From Phoronis australis (taxonomy: Eukaryota; Animalia; Phoronida), in NCBI GenBank assembly GCA_002633005.1, contig NMRA01000150.1, positions 30,071 to 94,070 on the forward strand: DNA of 64,000 bases, written 5' to 3'. Below the pieces are notes generated by a model that saw only the letters and a list, made by a program, of their open reading frames with translations, was not told the origin of the DNA and searched no databases. Of this stretch, positions 1-12,453 are shown in pieces; the stretch's first letter is position 1, and each line of letters starts with the position of its first letter. A program made the translations under genes and the position numbers.

Positions 1-886
1 GTTCCATAGAAGATAAACCAACATCAATGCAGCAAGAGCGCTCAACAAAGGAACAGCGTTATCAGAAAATCTCACATAACTCGAAAAGTAGACGTTATAG
101 CGAAAAATGGAAAACATCTTCTGAAAGCCCGTTCAAAATTCTATCTAAACTGATGGTATCGCCTAATTCCGTAAATTTTTCGAAAAAAATGAAATTTTGC
201 GTTTTTTTAAGAAATTCAAAGTCAAATAACTCAAACGGTAAGTCTGAGAAACAAATTGTTAAGGCCATTTGAAAGATTATACTTTAAAGAATCTACATGC
301 AAAAAATGACGTCTTTCTTTTCCCGTTTAAAATCGCACTCCAGACGACTGAAAATGGGTCAACATGCGCCATATCCGCCATCTTGAAAGCAACTTCCAGT
401 TTTTCGGCTTTGTATAATAGCATGTTAAAAGAAACTAATACCTGTAAAAATTCGAAGGAATTGGTCTTACAATATGCCCTCTAGAGGAGAAAACGTTTTC
501 AGGCCAAAATCGATGTGCGCATGCGCGATCGCCGATATTTCCGCCATCTTTAACCGGAAGTAAACAATTTCCAGAATACTTGTAGCAATCTTCGTCTCCA
601 TTTACTGTGCCGATTCTTAGCCTTTTACGTAAAAAGTTGTAGCCTCCAGAAGCATTTGAACCTTTAAATGAAAACAAAATGGCCGCCACAGCCGCCATCT
701 TGGATCCGATTTTGACGAAAAACAATAGGCTTCCAGTACTTCCGGAAGTACGTATTGTGTGTAAATTTCGTGACGATCGGACGAAAATTGCGACCTGTAT
801 CGTGCGAACAAACAAAAAAAACAAAAAAAAAACAAACTTGGTGACAGAGCAACATACTTGGCGAAATTTATTTCGCCAAGTAAAAA
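1..886 (-). mobile_element. Non-autonomous Helentron/HINE-like interspersed repeat, truncated by window edge
   Basis: On the minus strand it begins TTTTT plus palindrome TACTTGGCGAAA..TTTCGCCAAGTA (856-882), then a (TTTG/T)n tract. Clearly homologous to 34185-34839 (e.g. AAAATGGCCGCCAC..GCCAT, TTTCCGCCATCTTTAACCGGAAGT). Class inferred from architecture. Confidence 0.6.
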
Positions 887-2027
887 TTTAGTGTCAATTT
901 GAATGTATTTAAACTCTGGTTTTGTAAAATTGCTTATGCTTGGCAAAGTTTTAGTGTCCAACCATTATGTTTCTTATATGGTTATGAGTCATTAGGAAAT
1001 CCGTCGGCCTGTGGGTTATTACAGCAGTTATTCACTTATGTTGCAAAATTTGGGGCTTGCAATGGTAATCCAAGCTATGCCACTAGGTGGTGTTTTGTGA
1101 AAAATTGTCATAAATAGTTTTAAGGACACGTCTTTATAGTGTTCAGTTAAAGGATGTTATGACAGAACTTTATTGGAATAAGTCGCATGAGGGTGAATAG
1201 CTTTCCCAGTATTGTAATGTTTGTTCTTGATGTTAATGTAAAGATGAACCTACCTTCTGTAAAATGTCTTATTTTTCATTTAGATCACTTATACGAAATT
1301 GTCCTTATATTGCTTACTGAAGTCAAGATTAGATATGATCCTGAGTTTGGTTCATTAAAGATGCTATGTCTCATTAAAACTGAATATTTAAATTTGTAGC
1401 AGGCATCATCTATTGGCTTCCTGGAGAACTGTGCGTTCAAGTATAACCAGGAAAAGAAACAATTTGTAAATAAATTGCCGTTATAGAGAAAACACTTAAC
1501 TTATTAAAATCCTAGTGATTCCAAATATTACGTAATCGTGATTTGATAATTAAATTAAACAAATAATAAAAACTGTTTCGTTAGGGTAACGGTGAAATGT
1601 TGCCGTACTCATTTACATAAAAATAGTCTCGCAAAACGAGAGTTTCACGAGATTGTAATGGTGACTGGTTCTCGGATGGTTTCTGTCGCACTGGAGGACC
1701 CGTGGTTGTTTGTAAATTAGTACTTCATTTGCAAATACACAATTTAATGAGACTAGGCATCTTAAATGCTGGAGACATGGCTCTTAAAGTTGACTTGACC
1801 TGGAGAGCAATTTTATGCACCAACCATGACTGTAAGCAATAATGAACGATCAGAAATCACTTTTAAACTTAGTAGGTAACAAGTTATCAGTTTTATTTTA
1901 CATGAAATGGACTTCTTTTGAGTTACTCTTTGTGATGGATGGTGGATTGAGATGAGCTTTTACAAGAATTTACTTATATGAAATTTACTGTTTTATCATT
2001 CTTGAACTGATTTGATTTTTATTTCAG

Positions 2028-2163
2028 ATGTGGAAACAACTTCTGTGCTACCCATCGTTATGCGGAATCCCATGATTGCACTTTTGATTACAAAACAGAG
2101 GGACGGAAACTACTCGAACAAAGCAACCCTGTCGTCAGTGCACCAAAACTGCCAAAGATATAA
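2028..2163 (+). CDS. ZFAND4: Terminal coding exon of AN1-type zinc finger protein, ZFAND4 (ANUBL1)-like
   Basis: Acceptor tttttatttcag|A at 2027/2028. Reads (R)CGNNFCATHRYAESHDCTFDYKTEGRKLLEQSNPVVSAPKLPKI-TAA, the AN1 finger second half (FC.xHRY.E.H.C.FDY) with the ZFAND4-type ending NPVV.APKLPKI. Upstream exons are outside the window. Confidence 0.88.
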
Positions 2164-2792
2164 TTAAAATTATTTAGTTTGTTGCAACAGCAGCTCAAAA
2201 TGTTGAACCGTAATTGGAACCTCCATGCAAACACGAAATATATATTTGAGATACCTTTCTTTCATTAAAAAAAATTAACTTGCCATAGGTTCTGTTTAGA
2301 ATGCACCAGAGCAGGCAAAAAGTGTTGTTTTCTAATTTTTATGTTTTAGAATTAAGTCCTATATTGTCAGGGCAGATGTTTCCCTTCAATATAACGTGTG
2401 AGCTACCTGAGCACCTGTGTTTCAGAGTGTTTCAAACAGGTCTGTGTCATTTCCCTAGTTGCCAGCCATTAGGTGGGCGTGACTGGACAAAGTAGCTAAC
2501 ATTTGGTTGTTGACAAAAATTGGAGATGTCTCAAATTACATTTTTTTAATTTCCGATGTTTCTGTCTATGGGAACTCTGTAATTGTCTCTAGGTAGGTGC
2601 AATATCGTTCATTCACAAAGGTCTGGGTTTGGTGGTATGTTATTCTCACTGATGCAATGTTTGTGAGCATACTATGCATATGCTTTATGAGCATTGCTAA
2701 ATATATGGAACTTTGTTTTTGTTAGATCAGTGGCTACCGGCATTTATGGTTTGCTTTATAGGCTGAATTTATGCAAGAGTAGGATTCAGTAT

Positions 2793-3016
2793 CATTCGCG
2801 CACCCAAAGGGTGGCGAAGTGGGGACAAAGGTCCACCTCAGAGAAACAAAAAGTCGGAGAAAAGGAGACAAAAGTCCACTAAAAAGGCGGGAATGTACAA
2901 TTCATAGCTCTGAACCTGCTAACCCGTTTTTTTTTAATCCCCCGTTTTTTTGTTGGTAAAAGGTCCACATCGTCGAAAATTCGAACCCCCTATGTTTTTG
3001 GCTGGGTGCGCGCATG
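2793..3016. mobile_element. MITE (~220 bp) with CATGCGCGCACCCAG-type TIRs
   Basis: Starts CATTCGCGCACCCA and ends TGGGTGCGCGCATG. Second copy at 32919-33142 shares internal sequence (AAACTCCACTAAAAAGGC, GCTCTGAAC). Near-TSD AGTAT/AGTGT. Confidence 0.75.
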
Positions 3017-3183
3017 AGTGTTGACCCAACCACAAATGTTGTCTTAGTGTCAAATATTCCTCAAATTTGTGCATTGTGTCCTGTGGACCTCGTTTCACCA
3101 TTAAATTGTTATCTTTACGTTTTTGCTGTGATGACAGTTCAGTTGTAGGTATTGTTTATATATTTATGTATATATTCACGTAA

Positions 3184-3184
<1 letters not shown>

Positions 3185-3215
<31 letters not shown>

Positions 3216-3236
3216 GGTGTGTGTTTGGATGTGTGC
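3185..3236. repeat. (GT)n microsatellite
   Basis: Pure TG run followed by degenerate GT units. Confidence 0.95.
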
Positions 3237-3371
3237 GTCTGGCCACTGAAGATCGGGAGCCTACAAAACGTATACCCCAAAGTGCACAAACAGATATTTG
3301 GGACCATACTCCATGGAGAACTTAAATTCATTGGTTGTTCTTGGAAGTGCTGATAAGTTGGTTTGTCTTTT

Positions 3372-3983
3372 CCAGCGAAATTGTGTGGTAGGGTGATGTT
3401 CTTAATGAAAGGTTCTACAACATAAAAGATATTTGCAATCTTCAGTTATGCATGGTTTTTATGTCTTCTAGAACGGAATTGGATACTAATACTTGGTGTT
3501 TGGTGCAAAGGTCTGTTTAATTAATTAATTAATAACATTTATTGTACATCATAGGCATTGCCTACACATACACAAATTCAAATGTAAATTGAGAATACTT
3601 ACAGAGAGCAGGTCTTCTCTTAATGTCATAGCCTTCTAAGTATACAATGCAAGGCGCTGGATATTGTTATGAATTTTCTGTTGGAATAACCTAACAAGAG
3701 AAAAGTTATCATTCACAAGCTCTGGTAGATTTCTCTAAGGTCTCCAAGTACAAGGCATGGACACATGGAATGAGGCTCATCTTGAATTTCACCCAGATTG
3801 CATATGCAGCATATTCTTTCACTTCTAGGAATACCAGCGAAGCTGTGTGGTAGGGTGATGTTCTTGATGGAAGGTTCTAGAACATAGAAGATATTTTCAA
3901 TCTTCAGTTATGCATGGTCTTTGTGTCTTCTAGAATGGAATTGGATACTAATACATGGGGTTTGGTGGCAAAGGTCTGTTTAA
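3372..3983 (-). repeat. Two diverged ~150-bp direct repeats (3372-3520, 3834-3983); probably LINE 3' remnants
   Basis: CCAGCGAA..TGTGTGGTAGGGTGATGTTCTT...AAAGGTCTGTTTAA occurs twice. TTAATTAATT/TTTATT at 3521-3543 looks like a minus-strand retroposon tail. LINE identity is inference only. Confidence 0.5.
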
Positions 3984-4870
3984 GAGAGGGTTGTATGAAG
4001 TGAGTGAGGCCGGAAAGGAGAGTTTACTTATGTAGTAGCATCTTTAATTAACTTGGATAAAATTTGGTGAAAAATTCCTTCTTTTTCCACCTTTAAATCA
4101 AAATTGTAGCTGCCTGGCTTTCCAAAATTCACTTTTGGTTAAAGTGACATTAAGTGGAAAAATTAGATCAGTTGAATTGAAGATTACTTATGTTTAAAAT
4201 GGTGTTTATAAAAACACGATTCCCTCTTTTGAACAGACCTTAAGTATAAGCTGCTTCATCTCCTCTCTCGCTGAAGTTCTTGCTTTCCAACTAAACACTT
4301 TGGACATGGTATAGTAATAAAAATTGTTTTGCTTCTCAGGCTAACTAGTTAGGTGCTATGGTATTAGTGATCTCGTGTGCTATGAAATACTGCGTGTAAA
4401 GGGGGCAAATATTCATCATGCCAAGTTCTCATCGGTTGCACTGAAACAGGTGTCTGTCATGTTGTGAATAGTTATACTTTTTATGTACCCAATGTGTCTA
4501 TTTTTCATTTGAAATAAAATCTACAATATTGTTTTTTGATTTTTCTTAGGTTGAGATCATGGCTCATCAAGACATTGTTAGGGGGACAAGAAACATGAAC
4601 CTGCGTCAAAATTCACGGAGATCAATTTCATCAAGAGTTATTTCAGATTGGCAAATTTCAAGACTCCCTGAAGTTGTTGTTGGTGTAGATTTTCCGTAAT
4701 TTCAACCTGCCACAAATTCACTCGCATCGTTTTTAGCAGGAAATGTGTTTACTGTGGGCAAAAAGTGTAGCTATGTATGTAATATTACAAACAACAGTGA
4801 AGAATGAAGTCCTCTTGGGAACACCAATTTATTTATCGTACTTCTTGCATTCTCAATTTTGATGCAACAG

Positions 4871-5094
4871 TGGCACGATATAGGGTATTGTGAAAATGCG
4901 CATTTTAAAATGCGTCGATTATCGTTTCGCCACCAAAATCTGTGGAAACTTCTAAATCATGCCGAGAGAAACGAAAGTCCTCATCTCGGTCCCGGCTCCG
5001 CTCCGCCAATGAGAACGTACCCGTACGTCCCCTGTCTTCCACTGGCCAGTACGGAAGCGCGCCCCCTGTATTCACTTTACTCTATATCGTGCCA
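4871..5094. mobile_element. MITE with TGGCACGATATAG TIRs
   Basis: TGGCACGATATAG (4871) and CTATATCGTGCCA (ends 5094). TCAATTTTGA occurs on both flanks, offset on the left. Confidence 0.55.
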
Positions 5095-5231
5095 TCAATT
5101 TTGAAAACCTTCCGCTATCTTTGAAAGACTGTTATGAAAGTCAGTGCAATAAATACGCGGGTCCAGAAAGCTAAAAAAGGCATTGTATCTGCGCTATCTT
5201 TTGATTAGTAAGTGTCGACAACAGACTGCAG

Positions 5232-5362
5232 CAGTGACGGATTTAGAGGGGGGCCTAGGTCCCCCTAAAATTCTTCCAGTTTACATTTGCAAGATGGGGC
5301 AAAATCCTGACCAATACTCTGTCATGGCCCCTCCGTAACTCAAAACCCTGGATCCGCCTCTG
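5232..5362. mobile_element. Short MITE (CAGTGRCGGAT...ATCCGCCTCTG)
   Basis: Imperfect TIRs CAGTGACGGATT / GGATCCGCCTCTG with G-rich and C-rich subterminal tracts; flanks TGCAG/TACAG. Confidence 0.6.
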
Positions 5363-8318
5363 TACAGTTCCAGTCTTCGTACAAGATGCCAGACTCGATG
5401 ACCACTAAAGCCAGTTGACTGGGTTTAACGTCGCACTAAAAAAGAGCAAAACTCAGAAGGGTACTTATCATGTGTGTCATATGCGGGACGTGTCACTCGG
5501 GGCCAGATTCCCTGTCGAAGCTAAGTGCCTTGGACAAAATTCCCAACCGTAAGCGTTCGCTTTTTCAGTGCCAAAGGTTCCGCTTGTTGTAGCAGAACTC
5601 TGGAGTTTTGTGGTTAATTAAAGTTAAAGATATTAGATATTTTAATATCTAAAATACCTATAGAAGAATAAAACGTCATTGATGCGATCCATTTCACAAC
5701 AATTCACCATGCTTGATGTATAATGGCAGAACGAATGTTACGGGGATTACACTGGAAGGCACGCACAAATGCCTGGACGTGAGCGTCCGGGAACTGAGGG
5801 AGCGAAACTCGAATAGAAGTAGGCCTACTGATCCTATTCCCGGGGTGTGGAGCCAGAAATATTCAGAATTGAGCCGTGTTGACGTGATTTCAAGTGCATT
5901 CCCTTGATAGAGTGTTTCAACACGGCAAGTTGAGGGATAAAAGTGCTGGTCAATTGCAGAAATCTGTTTACAACTGTCAATGCTTTGCGGACAATCCCTA
6001 AAACTGACAGATAATCTTAAACAAATCCCATGTCAGACACAATTCAATTGGCATACGAGAAATCTTCGCTTCCATTATTGGACCGCAAAATGACTATTTG
6101 CCTTATACACTGGAATCTTGGTTAAGATTAATTATATGAATCGTATCTTCTTGTAATTACAGTCCAGTTTAAGCCCAATCGAGCCAAGCAGCCAATAACC
6201 CGCCCTTTCATAAAAGTTAATTTTAATTAAAATGCGTGTGGCCGCCCTGCTGAAGAAAACTTATTTGCCTTAATTTCTCTAAGAATTTGGACCGATTTTA
6301 AAAACTCAAAACGGCCATATTTACTGTTTGTTTTTTGACTTTGAAACTCGTACGCGGCTTAAAAAGGTGCAATGTTACGACAGCAGTTAAACCATCCGGC
6401 CCAATTTGACACGTTCGGCCCGACAATTACCTACCAGCATATAACTCACTGCGCCATGAAGCCAAGTTTTTGCGAACTTCAATGGAGACTATGGGGTGAA
6501 AGACGGATGCACGCATTGTTATCTACTTGCGTGCAAACAGTGTTAGCGTACGAGTTGCTGCAGACACAACACGAAGCCTCTCGGATGGCTGTCTAAAAGC
6601 TACAATACTCCCCATCGCTTTCTGAACAAATCATATTCCCCGTTTATTTTAAACGGGAAGTAGGCTAATAAGGCTTTCACCTCGTCAAAAATACATTTCA
6701 CACTTAAATATTATGACTTAAAAAGGCGCTTATTTAAAATCAGCGATATTTTCAGGTGGTTCACCTTCGAAGAAGCAGTGTCTACGGGAACCGGCTTAAG
6801 AAGAAGTTTGGCGAAGAATTCCAAATACTTTTAGTTGGTCGCCACGGGAATATCACGAGCTCATGCACATTATGAGTTTCAATATTTTACTTAACGGATG
6901 AATCTTAATTCACTAAGCAGGATATGCTTTCAATAAAACAGAATTGACAAGTACGCGAGCACATTTTATTTCAATTTGAATAACGAAACAGTTCTCTCCT
7001 GCTTCCGAATCACCGCGAATGGTAGCAGATAATAATAACCTGTGAAAATCAACTTTGGATCTTGTTTGGTTTCTGAAAAAAATAATCCAAATTGAGCACG
7101 GTAAATTTAACTCTATTAAATAAAATAAATCCTGTTTAAATTATAATTAACTCCTGTTTTGTAAATTCAATACTACCTTTTTAAGTCATTCCTGTTTTGT
7201 AAATTCCCAACCCTGTTCAGAAGCGAACCTGTTTCTTTGAACCCAGCGTGTTTTATAAAATCGACCCTGTTTTGTCAATCCTGTTGGCGATTCACAAAAC
7301 CAACCCTGTTACGAAAATCGATCGTGTTTTATAAATCGAGTCGGATTCGTCAATCCTGTCGGCGATTCCTATAACTAATACCGCTACGAAAGGCCGAGGC
7401 CCGCATCAGTAATAACGCTGCTCCTTAGGCAGATTTAAGAGCCTTCAGAAACGAATGCTCAAGGTTGTATATATATAAATTTCCATCATAAAAATCGTCT
7501 GGAAGAATCTGTTTTTGACGTCAGGGTGTGCCCCGGGAGGTTATCTAATGGATAAACCGATCAGCGCTATCTTGAGGCTTGGGGACGAGGGTGCGAGATT
7601 GTGCTGTGGGGGCACAGAACAGTTCTCACAGGAGTTTGCCGATCAGAACACACGTCAATGGCCTCGCCACCCTTTCTTAACCTGTCAAAAACTGCAGGCA
7701 AAGAATGAAAAGTTTTGAGTCATGTCACATTACAAGCCCTACGAGATAAGCGCTGAAACTTTATTATCTCTTGTATTTTTCACAGGCGTCCTCAGCTCAT
7801 CGTCGGTCCCCATTACACTATATAAAACGTTCGGGTGTTTACGCCCATGCTCACTTAACCGCCCATCCCCTACTTTAAGTGGCCCTCTACGATTTTTGGA
7901 GATTTCCAGTTAAGCACACACCTCTCGGTTAAGCACCCATCCCCGACTTTTGAAAATTAATGATTACGCGACCTCTGATAAGTAAGCGCGCGATTACCCA
8001 TTTTTAGATATAAATCGATGATAATAAAGAATGCAACGTCAGCGCCGAAGACGGTGGTTTGACAATGTGAATTATAATACAAGTCACACAAATTATTGTC
8101 CCGGGTCATGGATTTGCTTAAAAATGTGGTACCTTGAACGCTTTGTCACTTTATTTCCTTCATATGTTCGCAAAACTAAGAACCCCGACGGCTTCATTAC
8201 CTACAATTTCGGCGGTTCCGTCTGCCGCGCTAATTTTCCGTCTGCAGTGTTCTGGATAAAACATACTGTATTCGAAAAGATAAAGCCAGAGAAATGTGAC
8301 AGTGGTCTTGCCAACAAT

Positions 8319-8474
8319 CCTGCCTCCCGTTCAGTAACGCTAGGACCTCGCTAAAAAGCAAGACTTCGCGAGATTACGTGAGATATTGCCGTGTATTTTA
8401 AATAAGAACACGTGAACTTGGCTAGTCTTTGGCTAGGTCCTACCGTAGGTCCTAACGTCTACTGAACGCACGCC
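8319..8474 (+). mobile_element. 157-bp mini-element, copy 1 (CCTG-flanked family)
   Basis: Near-identical to 20643-20799 (reverse) and 52445-52602; subterminal IR CGTTCAGTA(G)ACG(C/T)TAGGACCT. Confidence 0.85.
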
Positions 8475-9441
8475 ATATTCGCTTTAGGTGGGAAGCTCTC
8501 GGATTTTGAAGAATTCCCTTAACTTTTGAATATTTTTTCTACCTGCCTTTTTAGCCCTCCCGAATAATTTTGTTTCTTCATTGGCTAGTTTCAGCCAGAA
8601 AAAAATCCTTCCCATTCGAGTCTAAAATATCTACAACGTAAGCTGACTGAAAATTGATCTATCGCCAGGATTTTGAGTGACGGCTTTTAAGTTAAAACTG
8701 ACCATTTAGAACGTAGCATTATTGACGCACCTTCCGAGCCGCCGTTTTACCCGACAAACAACACGTTGCCGGGTAAAACTTGTTGTTTGTTAGTCGACAT
8801 TACGCAAAGGGGCGGAGCTTGCGATAGGCAGCAGTGGGAGGGGGTGAACCCCTGGGGCCTAGGGAACATCGAGCCGCGAATTATCAGAACTGAGAGTTTT
8901 GGGGTACGTTGTTTTTTTTAAAAAGAGTAGGAGACCCAAGTTCAGTGTAAAATAAACACCCGGTCAGCTTAAACCTACAGTCAAGCCGCTGTCGCTGTTC
9001 TCTTTTGATGTGCGAATTTGGTGTGGTGAGCGCGCGTGAGTTCAAACGCTCTGGAGTGCAAGTTACCTTGACTGCACGTGTGATTGACAGGTGCCTCATA
9101 TGCGCGTGCTCAACCCCAGAAAGAAGGTTCTTTTGCCGCTGTCTTTTGCAATAAAAAACGAGACGCATATTGAACAGGCCGATTACTTGCCGACATTTCC
9201 AAGTCGCGATCGTTTGCGGGGACATTGCGCGCAAACAGCGGGACCAATCAGTGTCGCAGTACGATATTATTGGTAATATAATAGGATAATCTGTAAATCT
9301 TGCATGTAAAATAAAAATGTGTTTTTTCACCACAAAATTTGGTAAGTTGATCGTTTAACAATGAATAGAAACATCGCTGTTTTGTGACGTTTTATCACAT
9401 ATGTATGCCGTGGCCCGTACATTGGAAATTTCAGGTCGCAT

Positions 9442-9701
9442 GTTACGACCACAGGCACTTGGGTTTATCGCAAATGACGTCACTCAATAATACATATAAG
9501 AAAACATCACGTCCTTGAATTTGTGATTTTGGCATTCTTTTGTCATTTTTGTTGCCAAATCACCACTCGACGGCAATTTGAAGAGATCGTATGACAGAAA
9601 GTATTCTAAGAGTTGTCCGATGCTAGTTTCGTGGAGTTCCATGCACATTTGAGTAAAAAATTCTGAGCAAACAGATTTCGAGTGTCCAACCTTTATGTTT
9701 T

Positions 9702-9754
<53 letters not shown>

Positions 9755-9803
9755 TTATTAAGTGACGTCATTTGCGATAAACCCAAGCGCCTGTGGTTAC
9801 GAC
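9442..9803. mobile_element. Foldback/MITE with ~65-bp inverted repeats and an internal (TA)n microsatellite (9704-9748)
   Basis: ACCACAGGCACTTGGGTTTATCGCAAATGACGTCACT...ATAAGAAAACAT mirrored by ATGTTTTCTTAT...AGTGACGTCATTTGCGATAAACCCAAGCGCCTGTGGT. This interval (~9408-10005) is absent from the sister copy at 50536-53086. Confidence 0.65.
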
Positions 9804-11779
9804 TAACTACAAGATGACCAAAATCTCGGCTCGCATTTTGCCTAGCGCCGAGTCCTGTTTCCAACATCACCGACTCAGTATGGACGCTTTGCTCGTTGCA
9901 ACAAACCAATGGTGCCGGTTACCCGAATAATGGGGGCTTCGTCTTCGAATTATTTTTACCGTGTTAGTATTTTTTAACATTAATATCTTAAGCACTTCGG
10001 AGTAATGCCTTTGCGGTAACTGTTGATTGACGATTGGCTTATGTCTGGCAACCTCCCCCGGGCGGTCAAAATAAAACAACCGTAGAACCTTACGCTGAAA
10101 ATGTCATTGAGTCACGGAGTCTCGAACATAAACATCCCAAACGCAAAAAACACATGGATTAGTTTTTCAAACTTTAATTACAAATATTTTAAAACTGCTC
10201 TCTAACTCAGAATTGACAACTAACTCGTGATTCTGCTGTGACTTACGCAGCACGTGAAGCTTGCACGCGCGCACTTTGCACTGTCACCACGTCTGTGAGG
10301 ACAGTTGCAATCGAAGTGGAGCGCTGCATAGTCCGGCACTGGTCGTCTGCACTCCACAGGTACAGCTCTAACAAGACGGCAGGACGACACGGGCTATTAT
10401 ACTCAGCAATTTTGTAAATTGAACTGAAATAATTAATCTGAGGGCAACAGAACCTTTGTTAGGATCATTCGCTGTTATGACATTTTTACCGTCATTTGGC
10501 GACGTGGCGAAAGCTCGGAAAAGTGCTACGCGTTCCCACTACGTGTGGGGACTGGGATCATGAGGAAAGATTAGCCGCCCAGGGCGGTTTTCTTTCGTAA
10601 TAAGCGCCCATGTTCGGTTAACCGCCCACTCCTGATTTCTTGAAATTTCACTGATGTTTAAGCTCCCATGTCCGGTTAACCGCCCACCCCCCAATTTTTG
10701 GGTTTGCCAATTTAACCGCCCAGGGCGTTAACCCGAACGTTTACGGTAATACTACAAGGTATGACACTCTGGACTAGATATTCCAGGGGTGCTCACTGCC
10801 GTTCATAGCAGACATAAAACTCAATAAATTCACACAAAAAGGAGGTTCAACAAACCGTGAGGAATTGTTTTTTCTCCCAATACCATTTACGGTGTACTGA
10901 TCCACCGATTTCGCAAGAAATTCGCGGTCAAAGCAAAAAGTTTTTCCCAAAAAGTCCGTCTCGAGCAACTCCCGTGTCACACGCGTAAGGTACGGAATTG
11001 TAAGATGAGTTACGGATGAACGGCAATTACCGGAGTGTCATACCTTGTAGTATTATATATAGGGTATTGGGGAGAAGCTGAGGACGCCTGTGGTATTTTT
11101 TACCCTTTCACTCCTGCTAAGCCAGACTAAGAAAAATAGGGGCAAAAATGCCAAATGGGCACTTTTCACCCCGAACCACCACTTCCTGCCAACGCTCGAC
11201 TAAAGCCAACATAAGATTCCAAAAGAAAATTTCCAACCGATTCCAAAAATGCGGTCCAAAAGTACTGTCAACCAACTACCTGAAATCGCGGCCAATTTCT
11301 CAGTCGCTACACAGCAATGCACAGCCACAGGGGGCCATTTTCTTTGAACACTGTGCAGCTAGGCTACACTACAGCCGAGCAAGTGGTCGTTTTTCATTCT
11401 CAACGTGATCACAAATACGAAAGAAAACACATTAACTTGGCCTACATGTAATACCTAACTAAAAAGTGCCCCCAAGCTTGTCCTACCTCTAGATTTTAAT
11501 ATTTTGACAGTGGAAATTGGCTGCAGCCGCAGGCTAACAGTTTAGTGCCACCTGTCGGACCATTTTTAAAGTTGTAAAGGGAATCGGTGGAGTACTAAGT
11601 TAGTTTCTAAAATGTTGACTGTTCGTAGCCGATAAAAATATTTGCAGCGTTGTGTACTTTTTCACTCATTCGAATCGCATACCAGAGAACCATGGTGACA
11701 ACTTATAGAGAGTGAAACAAGAGAGAAGACACTGGGTTTTATTTTGCAATAAATATCAGTGAAACCCAAATCTACAAAC

Positions 11780-12224
11780 TATCCATCGCTTACTTCCGTC
11801 GACATCGCTGCTTTGACTTATAACCCAAAGAATTTATAAACAAGAAGAATTCGCTGAAAAATGCCCAAACAGTTAGTTTGCTTGATTGGGATTCCTTGCA
11901 GATAGAGTCGAGACGCGGCAGAACCCGAAATTTTAGCGTGAGGGGCACATTGTATTGAGGCTTATTCGCATCGCGAATGTTCCAGATTACGCTAAAATAG
12001 GGGTCTCAAGTTAAATGTAAAAACCAATCAAAATAGAACTAAAAATTTCGTCATCGGAAGTCCCATATAAGTAATTAACCATCTTACACCCCTTTAAAAT
12101 GTAGTAACACACTCTAGCTTCTGGAACTAAACTGACGACTCGTCTTCACTCGACGACTCCATCAATAGACGGCACTCCCGTCACAAAATTATCGCGCCAT
12201 CTTCTGGTGACTGACAACGACGAA
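11780..12224. promoter_or_regulatory. CpG-rich promoter/5'UTR region of ADK, possibly bidirectional
   Basis: Immediately upstream of the ADK ATG. Contains ETS-like ACTTCCG (11792) and CGGAAGT (12055), TCGCGA (11971), CCAAT (12023) and YY1-like CGCCATCTT (12195). Motif-level inference only. Confidence 0.5.
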
Positions 12225-12280
12225 ATGGCGGGGGGTGACAGCGGTCCGGAAGCCAAGCGCACAAAAACGAGCAATGTTAC
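12225..12280 (+). CDS. ADK: Adenosine kinase coding exon 1 (long-isoform-type N-terminus)
   Basis: GAAATGGCG Kozak context; MAGGDSGPEAKRTKTSNV(T); donor AC|GTAAGT in phase 2 joins in frame to the exon at 32785 (AC+G=Thr). Basic patch resembles the ADK-L NLS. Confidence 0.72.
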
Positions 12281-12453
12281 GTAAGTTAAATTAGTTAGAG
12301 ACCTCGGGTTACACATTGACCTTTTTCTTGTGTGAGTAACGTTGCGTGGAAAATGAGAGCGCATTATTTGACACGCATGTGCAGATCGCACTCTCAGTCA
12401 CGTGCTCGGGCAGTTCATTCTCACGGCTATGTCAGTCAATGACTGGAATGAGC

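Larger units (their letters stand above)
7823..10746 (+). mobile_element. Non-autonomous Tc1/pogo-like DNA transposon (CCGTA... TIR, TA target), family A copy 1
   Basis: Right end GGGCGTTAACCCGAACGTTTACGG|TA; left end truncated (AAAACGTTCGGG). Repeated TTAACCGCCCA subterminal motifs. Colinear in reverse with 50536-53086. No transposase ORF. Confidence 0.75.
7781..11092. mobile_element. CACAGGCG-TIR MITE (8-bp TSD; hAT/P-like) split by a 2.9-kb insertion
   Basis: CACAGGCGTCCTCAGC at 7781 and GCTGAGGACGCCTGTG ending 11092. Perfect 8-bp TSD GTATTTTT (7773-7780, 11093-11100). Segment 10747-11092 matches the intact copy at 12454-12967. Confidence 0.85.

Noticed and set aside
435-961. Overlapping 114-129 aa ORFs (and the similar ORF at 34528-34782)
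   Set aside because: They fall in a repeated non-coding element and have no recognisable domain; their similarity reflects the repeat family.
5134-5207. Alternative ADK first exon (MKVSAINTRVQKAKKGIVSALSFD, phase-2 GTAAGT donor)
   Set aside because: Splicing TA| to the G that begins exon 2 (32785) creates a TAG stop, so it cannot be a coding first exon with that acceptor.
6205-7370. Probable transposon remnants and CCTGTTTTGT short repeats
   Set aside because: They look TE-derived, but no matching termini, TSD or second copy could be established within the window.
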